64,000 bases of DNA from an uncultured virus (IMG/VR IMGVR_UViG_3300042691_023467) (taxonomy: Duplodnaviria > Heunggongvirae > Uroviricota > Caudoviricetes). A program made the translations under genes and the position numbers. The stretch lies in IMG/VR virus record IMGVR_UViG_3300042691_023467. One strand, written 5' to 3'. This document shows positions 58,148 to 64,000 of this stretch, in pieces (the first letter of the stretch is position 1; every line of letters starts with the position of its first letter). Below the pieces are notes generated by a model. The model was not told where the DNA came from. It was given only the letters and a program-made list of their open reading frames with translations, and made no database searches.

Positions 58148-59098
58148 TTATTGTTGGTTGAATTCAACAGCTAAATCCTCTAATGTTTTAGAAGTTCCTA
58201 TAGATGATTCTCCGGAGCTTGATGATTGTTTTGCTTTATTATGTTCATTTACTATATTAATATAAATTTTTCTTTCTGATGGAGATATATTTAATATGTA
58301 ATTTGAATCTAAACCGGAATCGGATAGATAATGTATTTCCTGAAAAAGATTTTTAATATCATAAGAAAAAAACATCCTTAAAAAAGAAATAAACCCAAAC
58401 CCGTATATACTAAACTTTTGATTTTTAAAATAATCTATACCTAATAAATTTTTATCCATTAAAGATTCTAAATTTTGAAATATTTTATTTTCTATTTTTT
58501 GTTTTAAACTTATAGATAGTTTATCTAACAATTCTTGTTTTTGTTCATTATTAAATTTTTGAAAATTTATTGATGCGTTTTCTATTTTTATATCTTTTAT
58601 AAATTCCCCAAGAGTTTTGCTTATAGTGTCTATATCACTAGCCTTTAAAAAAATATCTATATCTTTTACTGACGGCCATTTAAAATTTATGTTTATATTT
58701 TTTTCTCTAATTTTTTCATCTAAAAATGATTTAGAATTATTATATAACTCTTTTATAAAGAAAGATAAATTAATTATTATTTTCTGTTTCTTTATGTTTT
58801 CTTGTTCTGTATTTTCTATTATAAATTCTATAGTATTTCCAATACTTAAAATTCTTAATTTTGTCACAAACATAACATATTCCATTATGTCCATTTGATC
58901 TAACATATCTGGATTCTTTATACAATTTTTAAGTATATCATTTAAAACGCAAAAATATTCATAAAATCCATCGTTATTATAAGGAACCGTTAAATTTATT
59001 TTAGATAATAAAATTTGTTCTTGAGTTGTTAATTCCCTATATTTTATAACTGAATTTGAATATGGTAAATCCAAACTATGATTAAAATATTGATGCAT
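58148..59098 (-). CDS. Baseplate hub assembly protein (gp26-like with gp51-like C-terminus)
   Basis: LPYS...IKYRELTT.EQ, LRILSIG..I, FKWPS; C-terminal ILNISPSERKIYI. Confidence 0.6.
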   Translation of the reverse strand: MHQYFNHSLDLPYSNSVIKYRELTTQEQILLSKINLTVPYNNDGFYEYFCVLNDILKNCIKNPDMLDQMDIMEYVMFVTKLRILSIGNTIEFIIENTEQENIKKQKIIINLSFFIKELYNNSKSFLDEKIREKNININFKWPSVKDIDIFLKASDIDTISKTLGEFIKDIKIENASINFQKFNNEQKQELLDKLSISLKQKIENKIFQNLESLMDKNLLGIDYFKNQKFSIYGFGFISFLRMFFSYDIKNLFQEIHYLSDSGLDSNYILNISPSERKIYINIVNEHNKAKQSSSSGESSIGTSKTLEDLAVEFNQQ

Positions 59099-59108
59099 CT
59101 ATATTTAA

Positions 59109-59834
59109 TTAATAGACGTCTATAAAATTTCCAGTATTTTTATCGGATACACAATACCTATCATATACGAAAGAAGCATTGCTAAATTTAAGACCATCTG
59201 GAGCATAAGAATATGATTCTCCGTCCATAGCTATTGGGGCTACATTATAAAATCTATGTATTTTTCTTATAACCATATTTGAATATGCTCCACCTTTTGC
59301 TAACATAACAACATCAGCATAATCAGCTTTTACATATTTAAAAGATGTTTTTGGTCTTGCTACAAGACCATTATAACCAACTGTTATCAACCATGGTCTT
59401 ATAACTAAATCTAAAAACGACGCATTAGTTTCCAATAAAGTAAGAGAAAAAGAATCATGTTGTTTTCTAGTTGATGCGGTTGCTGGAGCCATATAACCTC
59501 CGTAAGATAATCCTTCGTGAGAAGCATTTACCGATTCTTGCGGAAGCTTAACTTCTTTTGCAAATACGCATCCTATTAAGTTTTCAAATGAATGTTGTAA
59601 TCTACCATCAACTAACATTCTTGTTACATCAGCATTTAATTGCCAATCATTCTCACCTTCAAAATCATTCAGCGAAACTTCAAAGCTATTAAATAGTCCG
59701 TTTCTTTTTAATGTATCGAAATTAAAATATACAAACCACTGACTAGCTAATGCTACGTTAGTAGACCAAGAACCTAAAAGGTCTAGGTAGTAAGAATAAG
59801 GACTTCTTGATGTATCTGAAGGTCTGAATATCAC
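59109..59834 (-). CDS. Tail tube-fold protein (gp54/gp19-like)
   Basis: V.LP.ES, F.LT.LET, RPW, FYNVAP, F.Y; GTG start; adjacent to the tube gene. Confidence 0.6.
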   Translation of the reverse strand: MIFRPSDTSRSPYSYYLDLLGSWSTNVALASQWFVYFNFDTLKRNGLFNSFEVSLNDFEGENDWQLNADVTRMLVDGRLQHSFENLIGCVFAKEVKLPQESVNASHEGLSYGGYMAPATASTRKQHDSFSLTLLETNASFLDLVIRPWLITVGYNGLVARPKTSFKYVKADYADVVMLAKGGAYSNMVIRKIHRFYNVAPIAMDGESYSYAPDGLKFSNASFVYDRYCVSDKNTGNFIDVY

Positions 59835-59855
59835 AATAATACTTATTTAAAAGTA

Positions 59856-60395
59856 TTAGGTAAGTCTCCAATATTGATATGCTAAAGTAGCTTGTTGATT
59901 TAAAATATCACCAGCTGTTGTTACATCCAAAGTTAACTCACCTAAACTTACGCAGTAAGCTCCAAAAAATGTATATGTTCTTAATGGAGTACCGTCTTTA
60001 TTTATAAGTGTTAAAATAACTTGATTGGAAACATCTTTACTTGGGATGTTATAAGCACCAGTGCTAGTAGCATCATCAAATACTAATTTAGTCCAATCTT
60101 CAAACTTTCTTCTAACAGAAAGACTTTGTGGAACTCTAAATGTTAGATTCCAAGCATTTGAATTTGGGTAATTAGCGGTTCCGGGGACATTAAATTGCAA
60201 GCCCATAAATGGTACTTGAATATTGTTAATAGCTCTGCCGGGAAGAGTTGTTGTAGTTACATACATCAACTCATTAACGGTAAAACGTGTTCCGCCTAAT
60301 GCGACAACTCTAAAAAGATTTTGTCTAGCAAAATCGTTTATTGATGCCGCGTTGTAGAAGTTTTCAATTCCAGTGGTGTCGAGTAATCCAGCCAT
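59856..60395 (-). CDS. gp19: Tail tube protein (gp19-like)
   Basis: DFARQNLFRV, TLPG..I..I.VPFMG, PG, W..TF, FEDW, Y.F.G, LAYQYW. Confidence 0.88.
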   Translation of the reverse strand: MAGLLDTTGIENFYNAASINDFARQNLFRVVALGGTRFTVNELMYVTTTTLPGRAINNIQVPFMGLQFNVPGTANYPNSNAWNLTFRVPQSLSVRRKFEDWTKLVFDDATSTGAYNIPSKDVSNQVILTLINKDGTPLRTYTFFGAYCVSLGELTLDVTTAGDILNQQATLAYQYWRLT

Positions 60396-60411
60396 ATATA
60401 TTATTTATCCT

Positions 60412-63126
60412 TTATCCTATCAATTCAGAGAAAGAAACTCCAGTTCTTGTTGCGATGAAGTCCGCCAATATGAACTCAGCTGTTCTTACTGGTTTGATGT
60501 ATATTGATATTTTCATTTCATTATTATCAATAACATCTGGAGTGTTATTTCTTTCATCACAGATAATTTGATATTCATATAAACCGTCATTTAATTTAGC
60601 TTTATCAAATGTTGGTTGTAATGAACCAATTAATCTCTGTCTTGTTGTGAATGTGTTTGGTTCGAAGACGTAGTATTTTAATAACTGTTTAGTTTCTTTT
60701 TCTAAAGTTAAGAACAATCTACGAACGTTAATTCTATCGAATGCGGAAGGTTTGCGATATAAAGTCTTTTGACCGAATATAGCATATCCATCATTTCCAA
60801 AGAATGAAATTGGGTTTATGTTTATTTTATATAATAAATCTGATTGTTTTTGATTTGGTGTTATACCTAAATCTATAACATTTAATAGATTTCCTCTATT
60901 TAAACCAGCAGGAGCGGCCCATGGGAAAGCAACTTGTGAAGTTGTTGCAAATACACCAGCGGCAAATGCTGAAGATGGAACCCAAACGAATTGATCTGAA
61001 AAATCATCAGCAACTCTCAACCAGTTTCCATATACGCATGAATAGCTGGATTGGAAAGCAGCAAATTGATTTTTCATTGGCCAATAAACATCATTAGAGA
61101 ATACATAATTTTTTCTAGCTGTTGTTTTATAATTTTTTCCAGAAACAAAAATGTATCTTAATGGGTCTGCTATGAAAACGTGATCTTTTCTATCAGAAAC
61201 AAAAGTTAAGAATTTATTAGCAAGAGCTTGGTAGTCGGCGTTTATACCTGTTACGATAGCTCCAGAGGTATCTTTTAATTCTGATATATCAACAGAATAA
61301 TTTTCATCGAAAATATATTCAGATAATCCATCAGCTAATTTTCTAGCTTTTGCACCAGCCCAAATAGTTCCTAATCCACATTCGGCTACTACATCGATAT
61401 TTAATGTTTCGTCGTTTTGAATTGTATTTAATACTCTTTGTAATTTTGATGGAACGTTTCCTAAATCAGTATTTTCAAAATCATTTTCGGAAACATATAC
61501 ACCAACTGGATATGCAGCTTTGGCTTTATCAGAAACTCTAACTTTTTTAGCTGGTTGTCCATTATCAGAAACCCATTTTCCATAAGTTGAAATATATGGA
61601 TTTGTTACAACTTTAATGTTATTAGATCTTTTTTCTACTACGTTATCTAAGAAGAATGTATTTGGAGTTCCAAAAGTAGGATTGTTTTGTGTTCTCTTTG
61701 AATATAAAGAACCGGAATATCCTTCAGCTACTCTATAATCAAGTACAACGGTATCTCTATTGTAGATAGATGTGTTTAATTTAAAGAGAACTAAAATTAA
61801 GCTATCATCAAATGATGATGTGGCAAAGTCATAGCCAGTAGGATATGCCTCCAATGATTCGGATATACAATCTCCAGCGAATCCAGTATACTCTTGAGTT
61901 AATTTAAAATTCAATCTTGATTCTGGAATTTTAGCAAATGGCTGAATTCCAATAGAACCACCAATTGAAGATAAAGTTTGAGTGGTATTTATCGCAGTTA
62001 TAGAATCATAATCTGTAGCTGGGTTTACGTTTCTATTGTCTGCTATGCCAACATAGTAACCTTCAAAAAGATTGTTTATGCTTGTTTTTGAATCGTTTAA
62101 AACGATTAAGCCAGCTTTACCTAATGAAGAAAATGAAGATAAAGTATTTGAATTTGTAGATATTAAATTCTGCCAATCAATACTATTTGATGCAATTTGA
62201 TTATATTGATCATCAGTTAATAATATAGAAATTGGAGGAAGAAGTAAATAGCTGTTAGCGTCGGTTAAACTCGTAACAGGATTTATTACTGTTGAGGTAT
62301 TAATGTTTTCATTATATGTACTTACAGAAATAACATAATTTGTTACTACTTGTTGAGTAGCAGTAGTTTTAACAGTTAATGTTCTCCACCATTCTACACC
62401 ATCATTTAATACTTCAGTAGCAACCCATTGGTTTTGAGTTACTGGGAATATATCAGATGCATACAAATTAAATAAAGAAGTTAATTGCGGATAACTTGAA
62501 AATGGAGCAGATGCGGTTAACGCAAATGTATTTGAAACTACATCATCTACAGTTGCACCAGCTACTCTCAATGTACTAAGAGTTGGATATACTACTTGAT
62601 CAACAAAGGTATCAACAATTGGATTTGTTGATTTATATTTTGGTAAATTTTGAGCGGCAGTAGTTGTAGCATATAAAGAATATGGAGAACCTAATGCAGC
62701 TAGATTTGATAATAACTCAGACTCGTTTACGCCATCTACAGTAATGATGTTATTTAATGGATAAGATCTAGTTTCAATTATTTCTTCAAAAACACCAGAA
62801 ATTCCATATACTAATGCACTATATGAATTAGTATATCCTTCTCCCATTCCAGAACCATATGGTAATCTAGAAACGAGTAAGTTTGCTGGAGAAGTATTTA
62901 AAATTTGCTTTGCAGAATGATACAAATATCTTTCAGCGGCATTTGTTGGTGTTCCATAAATTTGTTCAAATTCACTGATATCAGTAACATTAACTAATGT
63001 TTCAGTTGGACCTTGAGGGGCAAAGCCTGATATTAAAACGTCAGTAGCTCCAATTGGTCTTGTTATAATAGATAAGTCCTGTTCAGTTATTTGTACTCCG
63101 GGTGATGCTATTGTTCTTGATGCCAT
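60412..63126 (-). CDS. gp18: Contractile tail sheath protein (gp18-like)
   Basis: SPGVQITEQDLS, GFAPQGP, WAAPAGLNRG, LY..NINPI, GQKT, SAFDRINVRRLF, FEPN..TR, CDERNNTP.VID.NE, IKP.R..EFI; start at MASRT. Confidence 0.96.
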   Translation of the reverse strand: MASRTIASPGVQITEQDLSIITRPIGATDVLISGFAPQGPTETLVNVTDISEFEQIYGTPTNAAERYLYHSAKQILNTSPANLLVSRLPYGSGMGEGYTNSYSALVYGISGVFEEIIETRSYPLNNIITVDGVNESELLSNLAALGSPYSLYATTTAAQNLPKYKSTNPIVDTFVDQVVYPTLSTLRVAGATVDDVVSNTFALTASAPFSSYPQLTSLFNLYASDIFPVTQNQWVATEVLNDGVEWWRTLTVKTTATQQVVTNYVISVSTYNENINTSTVINPVTSLTDANSYLLLPPISILLTDDQYNQIASNSIDWQNLISTNSNTLSSFSSLGKAGLIVLNDSKTSINNLFEGYYVGIADNRNVNPATDYDSITAINTTQTLSSIGGSIGIQPFAKIPESRLNFKLTQEYTGFAGDCISESLEAYPTGYDFATSSFDDSLILVLFKLNTSIYNRDTVVLDYRVAEGYSGSLYSKRTQNNPTFGTPNTFFLDNVVEKRSNNIKVVTNPYISTYGKWVSDNGQPAKKVRVSDKAKAAYPVGVYVSENDFENTDLGNVPSKLQRVLNTIQNDETLNIDVVAECGLGTIWAGAKARKLADGLSEYIFDENYSVDISELKDTSGAIVTGINADYQALANKFLTFVSDRKDHVFIADPLRYIFVSGKNYKTTARKNYVFSNDVYWPMKNQFAAFQSSYSCVYGNWLRVADDFSDQFVWVPSSAFAAGVFATTSQVAFPWAAPAGLNRGNLLNVIDLGITPNQKQSDLLYKININPISFFGNDGYAIFGQKTLYRKPSAFDRINVRRLFLTLEKETKQLLKYYVFEPNTFTTRQRLIGSLQPTFDKAKLNDGLYEYQIICDERNNTPDVIDNNEMKISIYIKPVRTAEFILADFIATRTGVSFSELIG

Positions 63127-63190
63127 AATGTATATCAATATTTACCTTTAAAAAATATCATTTTTACAATTTGTTTTAAATTAAACTAAA

Positions 63191-63198
63191 TATAAATA
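63191..63198 (+). promoter_or_regulatory. T4-type late promoter TATAAATA
   Basis: Exact consensus, 8 nt before ATG 63207; a divergent TAAATA at 63139-63144 serves the sheath gene. Confidence 0.65.
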
Positions 63199-63206
63199 TA
63201 CAATGT

Positions 63207-63491
63207 ATGAACACTAATAAATTTGATCTACTCGTTTCCTCGCTACTGGAAGAAGCTAAATGCACAGGACCAACCAAAAAAGCTACATCAACAGCAAAAG
63301 GTAAAAAATGGATGAAATGCGTTAAAAACCCAAGTGGTGGAGGATACAAGAGAGTTCATTGGGGTCAAAAGGGAGTTAGAGTGACTGGAAAATCCGGTAA
63401 TACTAAAAGAAAAAAATCATTTAGAGCTAGACATAAATGTTCATCGGCAAAACCCGGAACCGCAAAATATCAAGCTTGCAAAGATTGGTAA
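63207..63491 (+). CDS. Small basic Cys-containing viral protein
   Basis: KRVHWGQKG...RKKSFRARHKC...A.Y.ACK.W motif recalled from small proteins of large viruses; KFDLLVSSLLEE leader. Confidence 0.65.
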   Translation: MNTNKFDLLVSSLLEEAKCTGPTKKATSTAKGKKWMKCVKNPSGGGYKRVHWGQKGVRVTGKSGNTKRKKSFRARHKCSSAKPGTAKYQACKDW

Positions 63492-63513
63492 TTTCTGGTA
63501 AGTTATTTTTACA

Positions 63514-63951
63514 ATGAAAAAATTCGATACTGTAATAGAAAACTACATTTCAGAACAAATTGGATCATCTACATCTTCTGCTGTAAATATAAACCCAAAT
63601 GTTTTTAAAACATTAAATGTAGCGCCAAACGCAGATCTTAAAAAGGTCGCAGACGTTTTGACAAAACTATTACCACAATTCAATAAAGATGTAAATCCTG
63701 TGGATTTAAAATCTCCAGATAGTTTCGATAATTTTATTTTAAATCTTAAAAAGAGTCCTACAAATTTAGAAATATTTAAACAGGAACTAAATAAAAATGG
63801 AATGGATCTAAAAGATTTAGAATTACAAAACACCCAAAATAATCAAGAACCAGAAGCTGAAAAAAATATAGCACAACAACAACAAGCATCTCCTAAACCT
63901 AATACTCCAACATCCCCAACATCATATACTTCACAGGGACCAAAGGCTTAA
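63514..63951 (+). CDS. Hypothetical protein (possible head-internal protein)
   Basis: MKKFDTVIENYISEQ leader; low-complexity Q/P/S/T tail. Confidence 0.6.
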   Translation: MKKFDTVIENYISEQIGSSTSSAVNINPNVFKTLNVAPNADLKKVADVLTKLLPQFNKDVNPVDLKSPDSFDNFILNLKKSPTNLEIFKQELNKNGMDLKDLELQNTQNNQEPEAEKNIAQQQQASPKPNTPTSPTSYTSQGPKA

Positions 63952-64000
63952 TATTTTTTACATTTAAAAAATTTAATGAAAAACAAAAAAAATCGTAGGA

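Noticed and set aside
1009..63833. Short antisense or alternative-frame ORFs in the track (e.g. 4118, 4207, 7420, 9572, 15709, 16263, 38134, 42930, 55967, 56810, 58617, 63543)
   Set aside because: They lie within or largely overlap well-supported genes on the opposite strand and have shadow-ORF composition without motifs.
1..64000. Stop-codon reassignment (alternative genetic code)
   Set aside because: Core genes are full length and densely packed under the standard code; no fragmentation at TAG or TGA was seen.
1..64000. CRISPR array, tRNA or rRNA genes
   Set aside because: No repeat-spacer periodicity or cloverleaf-like sequence was noticed, and intergenic gaps are short and AT-rich. A tRNAscan-SE run would be needed to exclude tRNAs formally.

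Overview
This is a 64-kb segment of a very AT-rich, T4-like (myovirus) large dsDNA phage genome that reads cleanly in the standard genetic code. The + strand carries the DNA replication and recombination core: uvsY, uvsW, gp55, gp47, gp46, gp43 polymerase, uvsX, gp41, gp32 and gp45. The - strand carries morphogenesis genes (sheath, tube, baseplate, tape measure, terminase, split gp5, gp15, portal, fibre-like proteins) plus primase, GroES and the clamp-loader small subunit. Gene order is heavily rearranged relative to T4. Main points of interest: (1) a 10-gene glycan-building and glycan-modifying operon inserted between gp47 and gp46, with two more glycosyltransferases beside the polymerase and primase; (2) a gp5-like protein with two cell-wall hydrolase domains inserted inside its OB fold and the spike encoded separately; (3) a lysis cassette with an unusual spanin-like pair; (4) promoters almost abutting start codons with no Shine-Dalgarno sites, suggesting near-leaderless expression; (5) dispersed small genes sharing a capsid-targeting-like N-terminus; (6) an orphan promoter firing into an AT-rich gap. 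No tRNA, rRNA, CRISPR array, intron or intein was seen. All assignments come from motif recognition and synteny by eye; no database searches were run.
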